Assembly (NCBI RefSeq): GCF_018977255.1
Contig: NW_024704743.1
Coordinates: 3,598,001-3,662,000, forward strand
Origin: Callorhinchus milii
Lineage: Eukaryota
Length of the DNA stretch: 64,000 nucleotides
Reading direction: 5' to 3'
The notes beneath the pieces were generated by a model. The model worked only from the letters and a program-made list of their open reading frames with translations. It did not search any database and had not been told where the DNA came from. Both the position numbers and the translations under genes were made by a program. Of the stretch, positions 1 to 11,598 are shown piece after piece. The number at the start of each line of letters is the position of its first letter. The stretch's first letter is position 1.

Positions 1-121
1 AGCGGGTTCCTACTTACTCCTAGGTAATCAGAGGCATGGGGAGGAAGGAAACTTGCCTAAAGTTTTGCCCTGGTCTTCTCGCTTGCGAGGCGAGTGCTCT
101 AACCACTGAGCTACATGCTCC
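1..121 (-). mobile_element. Young tRNA-derived SINE, long subfamily, 5' half (cut by window edge)
   Basis: Reverse complement gives tagctcagtggttagagcactcgcctcgcaagcgag...ggcaagtttcc...gtaagtaggaaccc, as in the other copies. Confidence 0.9.
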
Positions 122-513
122 ACTTGCATTTAGATAACACCCCCCTCACCCAGGGGGGAGGTGACTGGAGGCACGGTCGAAGAGGAAGGTCTCTTCAGGC
201 ACAAACTGAAGAACACTACAGGACTCCAAAAAAGATGGGAAGTCACTTGGGTGTAAGATTTAACCTATCACGTCATCATTCAAGCGACATCCACCATTTC
301 TAAGGATTTCTCTCATGCATTTTCTTCAGTGAGGAAGCAGCAGATGTTCAAATATCTTCTAATCCTTTCACTCTGTTACTGCTTACTGCACCGGAAGCTT
401 TCTGGAGTCTTGCATCTACGCCAATCACGCTTACTTGGTTGCAAAAGAAATGTGTCTGGCACTGTGAATCAGCTCGGTATTCCACCAGAATGAATAGAAG
501 GGTAGATTTTTGG

Positions 514-850
514 GGAGTCCTGTAGCATATTGGGTAGAGCAATCGCCTCGCAGGCGAGAGGACATCATGGGTAGGGCGAAATGTTAGGCAAGTTTCCTTA
601 CTCCACACGCCTCTGTTTACCTAGCAGTAAGTAGGAACCCGGTTGTTAGTTGATTGACAAATCGCTTTTCCAGGGGTAATAATCCCTTAAAAAAATAATA
701 AACTCATAAATAATAACAATTTCAGTGGTCACTCAATGCACGACTGTGCGCAATTGGCTGCCGTGTTTTGCCCACAAAATATACAGTCAGTTCACTTTAC
801 AAGATATTCTGCGAAGCGCTTTGAGACGTCTTGAAGACTTGATAAGGAGC
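514..850 (+). mobile_element. Young tRNA-derived SINE, long subfamily, near full length
   Basis: ggagtcctgtagc head; gcaagtttccttactccacacgcctctgtttacctagcagtaagtaggaaccc; gtgcgcaattggctgcc; gaagcgctttgagacgtc tail. Confidence 0.92.
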
Positions 851-1869
851 CAATTAAAATTATAATTTCTATTATGATTATTTTTATTATTCTTATTTTT
901 GTAAGCTCAACACACAAGAAGCAGGTCTCAAAAACTACCTTATCTTTCGTTTCAGCTATATCAAATGCAAGGATTATTATTATTACATCTCTTCCAAAGA
1001 CCTGCTTAAAGACAGTTCTTCCAAGACTAAGCAAGGAATCAAATGGCCTTTCCGTTTCATTTTAAACACGAATGCCGTTTTAAGTCGTTCAATTCTGCGA
1101 GGATTTGCTGCAGTTATTAGCTTTGGAAAATGGCCTAGCCGGAGCAAGAAGAATACAATTTCTTTTAATTCTAGAGCTGTGTTGCAAACAGCAGCAGAAT
1201 GTAACCTGTCGGAAAGCTGTCACATCTAATCAGAGAAGAAAAGGTGGCCGGCTCCAGAGAACAAATAAGCAAGGTGTCATGTACACGTCGACTGTAATTA
1301 ATTCTGCAGTGTCTAGTTTACAGGCATTAAATATAGGTTTCGCTTTTTCTCTATTATATCAAGTGACTCATTTACACCTACGCAGAATTTTGTCAGCATA
1401 ATGATATGCCCTTTTTAAAAATAAAATTACTTATTACCAGTTCTGGAGAGTCCATGTGGACTATTAGTTACGGTGTCACCTAATGATACTCAGGCAATTT
1501 TTTTTTTGCTGCTTGTATTTTGGTAAACGGTTGTTAAATCTCAAACACCTTTTGTTGTGTTTTTTTTAGTTGGCCTATACTGGAGACTTTGAGAATGAAC
1601 AAAAAGATTTTCAGACTGCGGCAAAACTATTTCAGTAGTTTTCTCTGTTTTAAGTGGGGTTCAGTGCACGTTTCCGAAGCGTGATTCATAAAGTATATTA
1701 AGACGAGCTTGTGAAAGCTATAGACTGCGCTGAGCAGGCTGCCTATAGTTCTCGGCAGTTCTTACCCAGGCCCCCAGCCTAGAGGCAATGCAGAATAATA
1801 ATAATAATAATAATCCAGAAGAGAGCAAAGGTGATCCCCGATGTCAGAGGAATGAGCTAAGAGCAATGA

Positions 1870-2185
1870 TTAGACACGCTTTTCGGTCTTGAAGAAGGTG
1901 ACTCAGAGGGACCTTATAGAGGTGAATAACATTTTAAATAACATATGCACTCCCTCAGTCCCTCCGCCTCGCCCCCTCCCTTCCTCCCTCCCTCCCCGCT
2001 TTCAATTCCTATCTAAATACTTCCCTTTTTGATCGTGCTTACGGCAGCCACCTCCCCCCACCCACTCTCCTCACTCTAGTATTCTTATGATTACTGACAA
2101 TATTACTCACAACCCAACCGGCAGTGTCAAGTACTTTGAGACGTTCCCCCTGATGTGAAAGACACTATTTAAATGTAAATTATAT
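1870..2185 (+). mobile_element. Decayed CR1 fragment followed by an L2 3' end
   Basis: ttgaagaaggtgactcagagggaccttatagaggtg (CR1 RRLRGDLIEV-like), then a pyrimidine-rich L2 3' UTR and ctgatgtgaaagacactatttaaatgtaaatt tail. Confidence 0.6.
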
Positions 2186-2849
2186 TACCAATACCTGTGA
2201 TCATTTTGTTAGGCATTGATAATTTAAATACACAATGGAAAGATAATATACAATACTTTGTTCCAGGGAACTGGATGGCATTATAGATTAAAATCTTGTA
2301 TTTTCCCCTTGAGCGACTGAACTTTTATCCAGTGCAGACTATTGAGTTTGCTTCGAGCTGTAAGAATCCCAAGTGAAATGAGTTAGAGGTAGCATCAATT
2401 TGGTTTGTAATAGGTGTGAGATCTCAACACAAAACTGCCCATTATTCTGCACCACTTAGCAGAAAGCTGACAGTCTCACTCAGAACGAGGGGTGTAGGAG
2501 CAGTGATTCCAGACAGCAATGTTCCTCTGAGATGGATGTATGATAAATAAAATTAATAAATGAAGATATAATGGAGTGAACATTTGACAAGTCCTAACAG
2601 AATCAACATGATAACTGCCACATAGTTTTTTTTCCCCCCTAATACTTGCATTTAATATTGCACAATACATTGAAACATTGAATTTTAAATCACTTCACAT
2701 GATGAGAAAGTGGACAGTTCAGTTCAGTAGGAAAGGACCTTCTTTTCGTGAGTCGAAGGAATGCAACACAGCAGTTTTAGAGGGAACCTTTTGATGACAA
2801 TTGAAGTGTTTTGTGTCAATACTACCTTCAAGTACAATAATAATAATAA

Positions 2850-3022
2850 TTTGACCACTCGATATATGACTGTTTGTGGGACGCTGCTGTGCGCGATTGG
2901 CTGCTGCCTTTCGCCCACAAAATACACAGTCAATTCACTTTACAGTGTTTTCTGTGAAGCACTTTGAGACGTCTCGAAGATGTGATAAGGCACAATATCA
3001 AATGCGAGGATTATTATTATTA
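2850..3022 (+). mobile_element. Young SINE, 3' half
   Basis: tgtttgtgggacgctgctgtgcgcgattggctgc...gagacgtctcgaagatgtgataagg...(tta)n. Confidence 0.9.
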
Positions 3023-3332
3023 ATACTGCGGACATCAGTCTGCATTATTCAACAAACCTTCACCTACAACTAATCTTGTGAACAAATTTGAAAGTGACCC
3101 TGTTTGATGCGCTAATTAACACAAGGAAACAGGTAAGAAACTACCATAATAATATAATAATAATAATCCTTGCATGAACATGAAATGATTGCAATTGAAA
3201 TGATTTCATATCCTAAAATTTCCATCTTTAGAAATGCATTGTGATAAATTTGCCATGTTCAAGTGGAGCAGAAAAAGCTCTGAGTTCCTCGTCAAGGTTA
3301 GAACCGTGCAAACTCAACTTTACAATTCAAAA

Positions 3333-3556
3333 AATCATAGAACTAACTATACAGCACAGTAGGAGGCCATTCGGCCCATCGTGTCTGTGCCGGCTCTTTG
3401 AAAAGAGCTATCCAAATCAATCCCAATCTCCCCCGGCTCTCTCCCCACAGCCCCGCAAACGTATCCTCCCCAAATAATTATCTACTTCTCTCTTAAAAGT
3501 TGTTATCGAATCGGCTTCCACCGCACTTTCAGGCAATGCATTCCAGATCCGAACAG
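3333..3556 (-). mobile_element. CR1 LINE 3' end
   Basis: atcatagaa...cagcacagtaggaggccattcggcccatcgtgtctgtgccggctctttgaaaagagc; reverse-complement match to the copy at 33710-33836. Confidence 0.85.
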
Positions 3557-3679
3557 TTGTCAGAGAAGGGAAGCTTTCGTTCTGTCCATTGGGGAAGGGG
3601 GGAATTTAAACCCAGAACGAAGAGGTTGAGAGGACAACGTTTAAACATACGCTTTCACCGAGTCTACTGGAAGGATGTA

Positions 3680-3890
3680 AAGCCTTGTCCTCCACCCCAT
3701 TTTCTTCTTTGTCTCCCTTCGCCCTGCCTCACCCCCTCCCTCTCTGTTAGCCCTTAAAAGCCTCTCCCTCCCAACATGCCCCGGTTCTGACGAAGGGTCT
3801 TGGGCCCGAACCGTCGACTCACTTTCTTTTCTCCATAGATGCTGCCCGACCTGCTGAGTGTTCCCGGCCGACTTCTGCTTTTGTTTGTGG
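3680..3890 (+). mobile_element. Penelope-like element terminal remnant
   Basis: Pyrimidine-rich tract, hammerhead motif, then agatgctgcccgacctgctgagtgttcc...ttctgcttttgttt, which I recall as a common chondrichthyan repeat end. Confidence 0.65.
3783..3819 (+). ncRNA. Minimal type I hammerhead ribozyme motif (degenerate: GAAC instead of GAAA)
   Basis: GGTT-CTGACGA-A-GGGTC(TTG)GGCCC-GAAC-CGTC-GACT: CUGANGA box, 5-bp helix II, GUC triplet, helix I ggtt/gact with wobble pairs. Confidence 0.7.
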
Positions 3891-4139
3891 AAGAATGTAA
3901 AAGGTTAGTTGAGTTTCCAGACTGAAGTTACATTTTTGTGACTGATTGAAATGTCGTCTTGTGAATGATCTCTTCTCAGAAAAAGTTTCAATGGAAAATG
4001 CCTGTCTGGAGGATGCGAATATTCTTTGTGGCAGACACTTACGTACACACACCAACTGTTGTTAAATGAGAATATCTATCTCTCGGGATGGCGGGGGGTG
4101 GGGGGGAGTGGAGGGAATGGTTTAATATAATCCCTCCCT

Positions 4140-4358
4140 TAATAATAATCCCTCCAAAAAAAACAAAACAATAATATATTGCTCATTTTCAATCCACGAC
4201 TGTTTGTGGGACGCTGCTGTGCGCAATTGGCTGCCGCATTTCGCCCACAAACATACGGTCAATTCGCTTTACAGCATATTCTGCGAAGCACTTTGAGACG
4301 TCGAGAAGACGTGAAAAGCGCTACATCACATGCAAGGATTATCGTTATCACTATTATC
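4140..4358 (+). mobile_element. Young SINE, 3' two-thirds
   Basis: aataatccctccaaaa...ttttcaatccacgactgtttgtggg...gagacgtcgagaagacgtgaaaagcgct. Confidence 0.9.
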
Positions 4359-5089
4359 GTTCAATTGGAAATCAGTCACCTCCGCACACGACTCACACGC
4401 TTGTCTTCTCCAGCCTCCTGGCATTTCGGGTAAAGTGTCAATTTAAGGGCTCGCTCCCATCGTGGGGAGAGTTCATGCACGTGGAAGGAAGCTAGATGAA
4501 TTCCTCTGACCTTAAACGTGGGGAGAGATGTGATCGTTGAGGAGCGCAGCTACCAGTCAGCATCCTAGATGTTCTTCCAACAGGAGCTGTGTTACTTCCT
4601 ACTTAGCACAGCCCCTGAGTGAGCGTCTCGGCGCGTAGGCTGTTTTGTCCATCGTCTGGATATTCTCTGTTCAGCTAATAAAGCGACCCACCTGCCGCGG
4701 TAATTCGATGTGAACGTTCTCTAAATGCATAAAATAATCACCAGCGACAGGAGTAACGTTCAAGGTTAAATTTGTAACGCCGGAACATTTGAGGGAAATT
4801 GATGCAAAATAATCAAGCAGCACATTAGCATTTTAATTCTGTTCTACTGCTGCGGTTTTCGATGGCTATCTTCCTTCACGGGAGGATTTCGGTTTAACTA
4901 CGTGAGAATGAGCTTTCAGGTTTGCATCCGTGTTTCGAGCAGATCTTGTTTGGAAGCATGATTTTTTTTTTAACGGGAAAGTTTGAGCAAAAAAGGTTGT
5001 AAGGTTCAAATGCTCGTTAGCTCTTATACAGATGAAGAAAGTAAATGGGCAACAACAATAAGTCACGATAGGTGATCTGTAAAGTATGA

Positions 5090-5210
5090 CGACAACAAGT
5101 TGCATTTATATTGTCCAGCCAAGAAGGCGTGGACCAGGATTTTGGCTGTTTTGGTTGTGAGGTGAGGACGGAGGTGGACAATGTGATGGAGGTGGAAGAA
5201 AATGGTCCTA
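5090..5210 (-). mobile_element. L2 ORF2 fragment next to an L2 tail
   Basis: Minus-strand peptide FFHLHHIVHLRPHLTTKTAKILVHAF is homologous to AFHHLRNIARLRHYLTPHAAETLVHAF of the L2 at 23614. Confidence 0.7.
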
Positions 5211-5224
5211 ATGAACAATTCCCA

Positions 5225-5520
5225 ACGTGCTCTGAGACGCTCCCCTCGTGAAGGGCGCTGTCTAAATAATAATAATAATCCTTGCATTTGATATAGCGCT
5301 TTTCACATCTTCTCAACGTCTCAAACTCCTTCACAGGACACACTGTAAAGTGATTTGACTGTACGTTTTGTGGGCGAAACGCAAATGCAAGTTGTTGTTA
5401 TTTGTGGGACACAGCCTACAAACACACAGTCACTACGCTTCACAGTAGAATGGTGTGAAGGATTTTGAGGTGTCTCGAAAACGTGATAAGGCACTATATA
5501 TCAAATGAAATATTATTACC
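5225..5520. mobile_element. Cluster of L2 and SINE tail fragments in both orientations
   Basis: L2 tail (+) 5225-5265, SINE tail (-) 5266-5381, SINE tail (+) ~5400-5520. Confidence 0.75.
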
Positions 5521-6352
5521 CTTATATCCTCCCTGCTTTGTAGGAATGTTTTACGTAATCTAAACACACTCATAAAAGATAGTAACACACAAAAAAAACA
5601 TTAGTGACCTTCAAAAAAGAGATAGATTTGTGTGGCGGAAACCCCCGGAAACGCTTGCAGAAATGAAAATGTTCATAGAAGTAGGTCACCGTGTACACAG
5701 GAAATTAAATGAAAGGCATTTCTGCGGATGCATTGGATAGTATAATTAAACATTTACCAGTTGAACATTTGAGGTGAGATGTGGTTAGCATAAAAGAACG
5801 AAACAGATCCCACTATTCCTGGCTCTTATTATTTCGACCATCCCGGTTTATTTTTCGGGAGGTTGTCTTCAAATGAAGTTCATTTCTTGGTGTAAGGGAA
5901 TATCACCCTGGTTTATTTTCTAAGGCCAATTTGATGCAGCGACATCAACGTTATAATAATATATAAACGTTACATCAGCTTCTACTAGTTTATGGGAGGA
6001 TTGTGGCTTTAGTTGTGGTTGTTTCATGCATGGTAGTAACAACATAAAAAAGGTGTGGATCTGAAGAAAAAAGGAAGTGAGCAGGAGAGCAGGATTAGTT
6101 TGGGTGACTCATTAGAGGAAAGGCTTGCTCGGCTAAATAGACATTTCTGTGGTATTGTTTGATTCTTTGATATGATTCTGAGCGTTGCACTACTTTTTAA
6201 AACAACAACAAATTCCATTTATGTAGCGCCCTTCACACGGCATAGAATCGTGAGTGTGGTTTAACAACAGCTGAAGTTCCTGTCAGTGTTGTAAATGGTG
6301 ATTTTACAATGGCTGATTACAATCACTGCGTACAACTCTAACAGGAATTCGT

Positions 6353-7065
6353 GGAGTCCTGTAGCTCAGGGGTTAGAGCACTCGCCTCGCAAGCGAGAGG
6401 ACCTGGGTTTGATTCCCGGGCAGGGCGAAACATTGGGCAAGTTTCCTTGCTCCACACACCTCTGTTTACCTAGCAGTAATAATAATAATAATAATAATCC
6501 TTGCATTTGATATAGCGCTTTTCACGTCGGGAGGACGTCCCAAAGCGCTTCACAGAACACACTGTAAAGTGAATTGACTGTATATTTGTGGGCGAACGCG
6601 GCGGCCAATTGCGCACAGCAATGTCCCACAAACAGTCGTGGATTGAAAATGACCAATTTAATTATTGTTTTTGGTTTTTTGGAGGGATTATTATTGGGCT
6701 CTGTGTGGAGTAAGGAAACTTGCCCAAGGTTTCGCCCTCTGCCTGGGATTGAACTCAGGTCTCTCACTTGCAAAGCGAGTGCTCTAACCACTGAGCTACA
6801 GGACTCCACGTAGGAACCTGGTTGTTAGTCGATTGGCGGATCACTTTCTGGCGGTAATAATCCCTTCAACAACAAAAAATAATAATAATAATTTGGTCAC
6901 TCAATCCACGTCTGTTTGTGGGGACGCTGCTGTGCGCAATCGGCTGCCGCGTTTCGCTCACAAAATATACAGCCAATTCACTTTACAGTATATCCTGTGA
7001 AGCGCTTTGAGACGTCTCGAAGCCGTGATAAGGCGCTGTATCAAATAGAAGGATTATTATTATCA
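6353..7065 (+). mobile_element. Young SINE, long subfamily, split by a nested SINE
   Basis: Runs from the head to ...cctagcagtaa (6353-6479), then resumes gtaggaacctggttgttagtcgattgg at 6810 and continues to the tail at ~7065. Confidence 0.92.
6478..6807 (-). mobile_element. Young SINE, short subfamily, full length (nested)
   Basis: Full head to (tta)n tail; near-identical to copies at 11149 and 48861. Confidence 0.95.
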
Positions 7066-7489
7066 TCATGGGGAAATCCTGTAAAAGATGATATTGTCAA
7101 TGTGACTGTTCTTAACTCCGACAGGAGTTTTAGCCTCTCGGACCTTACAACCAAATCATTTTTGAAGAATGAAATAACCCTACAATCACCCTCGTATCTG
7201 ATATAATGTTTGCAAAGCACTTTACCAGGAGTTGTACTGTTTTTGTACACAAGCTCAGGAGTCAATTTATCAAATGCAGGTCACCAAAACAGCCAACAAA
7301 GTGAGTGATCAGTTTATCCAGGAAACCAGGACAAACTTCCTTCTTTATTCCTTCTTTATTCACGTTGTTTGGTCTGGAAATTCCGCTTGACATTACGTGT
7401 AACGCCTTTTGTGATGTGCGATTATAATGGGGCCATTAGCAGCTCACGTCGCTAGAAGTGCTGCGATATGGCCGACCGCAATTCCAGCT

Positions 7490-7727
7490 CACGAGGATAT
7501 TTAATTTACTCCTGAACAGCAGACAGGAACGGGAGCTAGTTTAACATCTCTCTGAAAGGACGAGGCAGCTTTCCTCCAGGATTATATCAGTGCGTGAGCC
7601 TGCTTCAGTTAGTAGCGCTCTCAACCCTGAGTCAGAAGGTTGCGGGTTCAAGCTCCAATGTCAGGGCTTGGAACTCATAAGGTTTAGACAGATGCTCCAA
7701 TGCAGTGCCTGCATTGTCGGAGTGGAT
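7490..7727. mobile_element. Older DeuSINE fragments: Deu domain (-) 7490-7590 and tRNA-like head (+) 7601-7727
   Basis: cctgaacagcagacagg...gtttaacatctctctgaaaggac; ctgagtcagaaggttgcgggttcaagc. Confidence 0.7.
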
Positions 7728-7945
7728 ATTGTAAAGTGTAGTGACTGCGCATTCTGTTGGCGAAATGCGGCAGCCAATTACGTACAGTGGTGTTCCACAA
7801 ACGGTCGTGGATTCAGTGACCAATTTTTTTTTTGGTGGGGAGGGATTATTACCCCCGGAAAGCGATCCACCAATCCACTAACCAACCAAGTTCCAACTTG
7901 CTGCTGGGTAAACAGAGGCATTGGAGCAAGGAAACTTGCCTCAGG
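7728..7945 (-). mobile_element. Young SINE, long subfamily, internal part
   Basis: Reverse complement contains ggcaagtttccttgctcc...ctctgtttacccagcagc...gtaattggctgccgc. Confidence 0.85.
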
Positions 7946-8559
7946 TTTTGCACCAAATTATTTGTGTTCTGGAAATGAAACTCTCTTGAAAATGACACTA
8001 TTTAAAATTACAGATCAATGTAGTGAAATATTTATACGGTCTACATGTACGCTGGACTTATTTGTTTTAAACTAGAGCAGTATTCGTACAATGATCTTGC
8101 ATTCTGGTCCTCGGCTTTCTAACACTTAATTATACACAGACTCATAAATATCCAGAGCTCTCGAAGGAGATGTAACGTCACCTTTATTTATAAATGCGAT
8201 TAACTTGTCTCCAAGACCACAGAAACAGTGATATCAGAAAATGAGGAGTTAATTATTAAACAAAGTTGGATTTCTTGAATGTTTCCCTGAGTAAACTTAC
8301 ATCCCTGTTGTAAGTGGAAACTAAATTGATAGAAAATCACTTGTAATATATTCTCAGACTGCGCTCTCACCCAAGCCCCTCACTTTGTAATACTCCTTTA
8401 CTTGTCACGTGTTCTGATAAGTTGAGTTTCTTCACAACACCAGGGCTTGCAACTGGGATAACTAAACATGCGTCTGGGTTTCAAAAGACACTGGTAAGTT
8501 TGGACTCAGGCCCCAACTGTGGCTCAGATTAAAGTCAATAGCTGTTATTGACGAATGTA

Positions 8560-9000
8560 TTCTATTTATCAGTGTGAGTACGTGGTGCTTTGTTTATGAA
8601 ATATCCTTTCATGTGTTGTACTCAGTCAGGATCAAACACTCCCAGCTTGGGAGAAATTGAGGCTAAAGTTCTTTCTTCGTTCCATCATAACAGTGCCTCA
8701 ACCCCAATCCAGAAGCTCTCTCCCAATTGCACAAACCCAATGTTTCCATTCCCTGCATCTGTCATCCTTATGTCCCTGGGAATAAGTGAAGTTCGAGTTC
8801 TCAATTTAGTGCTCATTAATGCTGGGCAATGAGTGAATTAATGCTGCGTATTTGTTCTGACGAATAGTTGGGCTTGAATCCAGTTTAAGGTCATTTCATG
8901 TTGGTTATCCAACCTTACAGAGAGCGAAGGTCTTTTTCCATCAGTCTAGCTGGATTCAAGCCAACTTCTCAGGAGGAAGGCAATGTGCTGTTAACCGAAG
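8560..9000 (-). mobile_element. LF-SINE-like ancient SINE
   Basis: Minus-strand motifs in order: ggcttgaatccagc, atgaaatga, gcactaaattg, ggggttgaggcac, ctgggagtgtttgat; order matches the LF-SINE-type consensus as I recall it. Confidence 0.5.
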
Positions 9001-9419
9001 GCTACAATGTGCAAAATTTAAACAACATTTAGATTTGGAAGGAACATTAATCACAGTTTGACTGGATAAAATATTTAATTAGATTTCTGCAGGCTTGTAT
9101 CTTCATTGTGAGGTTTGAAGTTCCTGAGTCATTCTTTCTCTGTTTACGGAATAACTTTCTGGAATTCCTCCCAAAATCCCTTTGTTTCACACGCTACCTC
9201 CCTTCAAAACTATCTGAATGCCTACCTTTCTGACTACGTGTTTGGTTACCTATTCCCTAACCCACCTCTGTCATACTTTAGGTCAGTGTCTCACACCAGC
9301 CATGGAATGTGCTCTGGGTGAAAGATGGTATGTAAGGGCAAGTTGTCGTCGTTGTCGTCGAATCTGCATTGCATGATTCTTAGCTATTGTTTTCTCCTGG
9401 TCCTTGTTTCTTTTCTTGA

Positions 9420-9770
9420 TCTATACAGTGTGTACCTCTGTTCTGATTTCCATACTACCTGATTCAACCACAAGCAGCGAGTTCCAGAATCTCACTGCTC
9501 TCTGTGTGAAGCAGTTCCTCCTAAATTCTCTTTGGAACTCCATCCCACAGACCCTTCGCCTCGCTCCTTTCCTTGCCTCCTTCAAGGCACGTCTCAAGAT
9601 CCTCCTCTTCCAGCGCACCTTCAGTCACCCTCCTACCCCTTCTCCTCCCTGCCCTCTACCTCTCCTGATCACTACCCCTGCTTGGGTCCAAATCCCTGAC
9701 TGTACAGGGCCTCGGGACGTTCTCCCGACATGAAAAAGGCGCTGGGTGAATATAATTTGTTGTTGTTGTT
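9420..9770. mobile_element. CR1 fragment (-, 9420-9525) abutting an L2 3' end (+, 9530-9770)
   Basis: Peptide FRRNCFTQRAVRFWNSL (CR1); LWNSIPQTLRLAPFLASFKARLK plus stem-loop and (ttg)n tail (L2). Confidence 0.85.
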
Positions 9771-10539
9771 TTAGAATTTAAATTGTACTTCATCACTGTC
9801 CATCCACAGATTTCTCATGAGCTTAAGACTTGTGAGAATGCATTAGATATTTCAGCTTACTCACGTGTTAATAAGGGTTGACATCCTCTTTAGCGAGTGA
9901 GAAGATAACAGTCCTTTTCTTTTAGGTAATTGTGTCTGATGTAACAAATCAAAGCCTCTATCCTCTGCTCAGTGCAGTAAGCTTTCCAGCCGTACATATT
10001 ATTTTTATTCCAATCAGTGTGTATCCCATTTATTCAGAGAACAGGCTATCAGGGCAGAATGATAAATCTACCACAGTCTGATATTAGCTAATCGGTAGAT
10101 CAATAATGTTCATTTCAGAAAAAAAATTAAATACAGAGCACATCCAGAGAGGTTTCAACAGAGAGAATAGTCTGGAAAACTGATGAGCCATTAGTGTGGT
10201 ATGACTTATTGTACCGCAAGGGAGAAGTAGCTGATGACAAGTCTAAGTTATTTTCTATGCTCTAATTACCTTTTATTTATCTCTATGACATGACCCATTT
10301 CCTGCTGGAGCTGATGAAATTTGTAGTCACGGGGGTTGAAGAAGCCTTCGGTTAGTAATGAAATTCTCTCACCAACAGCAACTTGGAGTGAGAAACCAAG
10401 AAACCTGCTGGAGAACTGCATTAAATCACGACCCATTCAGTGATCTGCCTTTGTGGAGTGGGGTTCCCATAATCTGCCGAATGATTACCAGCAGGATTCC
10501 CTGTCAGCGACTCTGAATCACTGACAGTCTGGCTTCTTT

Positions 10540-10810
10540 CGTAGAACTCTTGCCTCTGAGGCAGAAGGTTGCGGGTTCAAGCCCCACGTTGGCACTTTAG
10601 GACCCACATTTTGGCTGCCGTGTTCTCCCGCAAAATACACCGGTACACGATTTTACAGTATGTTCTGTGAAGCATCTCTCAATGAAGTTATAAGGTACTA
10701 TATCAAGTGCAAGGATTGTTAGCAGTGTTAGTGAAGCCCGTTGCAAACTGCAGCTTTTTTGATCCATATACTGTAAAGTGTAGTGACTGTATATTTTGTG
10801 GATGAAACTA
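10540..10810. mobile_element. Older SINE head plus two SINE tail fragments
   Basis: ctctgaggcagaaggttgcgggttcaagcccc; tggctgccgtg...tgtgaagc (+); ctgtaaagtgtagtgactgtatattttgtgg (-). Confidence 0.7.
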
Positions 10811-10969
10811 TGTCTTTGTATCACAAATGAATGTCTTTGAATCATAGAGATTACAACGCAGCAGGGAACCATTCAGCCCCTTGCATCTGCTTTGGTGCCC
10901 CTTGGTTTTGGCTGGCCCACTGGAGCTAGTTACTTTAATCCAACTATATAATGCACATTACCTATAAAA

Positions 10970-11598
10970 CATCAGCTCCTCTTAATGCTGCAAGCCCTAA
11001 TGGGTAGGATGGTCCTAGCTGGACAAGCAGCGGGAAAGCTTGGCCAGACAACGATATCAATGACAAAGTACCCGGTTTTAACTGGTTAAACTCCAGCAAT
11101 ATCCCAACACACACTGCGGTCCCCAAGCCTTGGCTCTTGCCAACCTGCGGAGTCCTGTAGCTCAGTGGTTAGAGCACTCGCTTTGCAAGCGAGAGACCTG
11201 AGTTCAATCCTAGGCAGAGGGCCAAACCTTGGGCAAGTTTCCTTACTCCACACAGAGCCTAATAATAATCCCTCCAAAAAAACAAAACAATAATAAATTG
11301 GTCATTTTCAATCCATGACTGTTTGTGGGACACTGCTGTGCGCAATTGGCTGCCGCGTTCGCCCACAAATATACGGTCAATTCACTTTACGGTCTATTCT
11401 GTGAAGCGCTTTGAGACGTCTAGAAGACGTGAAAAGCGCTATATCAAATGCAAGGATTATTATTATTATTATTATTATAGGTAAGCAGGATGGGTCCCTC
11501 CAGGGAGAGAGAGAGAGCGTATTCCATTCCAACAATCTATCTCTGGGATTTCCACGTGTAGGTGGGACGCATGGAATTCTCAGCTTGGTTCTTAAGCA
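10970..11598 (-). repeat. Unclassified dispersed repeat (family X), split by the SINE at 11149-11478
   Basis: Reverse complement shares tgcttaag...ttggaatg...ctccctggaggg, gcaggttggcaag, ccagttaaaacc and ttcccgctgcttgtcca...tacccattagggctt with the copies at 14925 and 24767. Confidence 0.8.
11149..11478 (+). mobile_element. Young SINE, short subfamily, full length
   Basis: ggagtcctgtagctcagtggttagagcactcgctttgcaagcgag...cacacagagcctaataataatccc...(tta)n. Confidence 0.96.

Noticed and set aside
11149..11225. tRNA-Ala gene (and similar heads at 6353, 20199, 48861, 60573)
   Set aside because: D, anticodon and T arms are present, but the acceptor stem is broken and every copy continues into a SINE body; these are SINE heads
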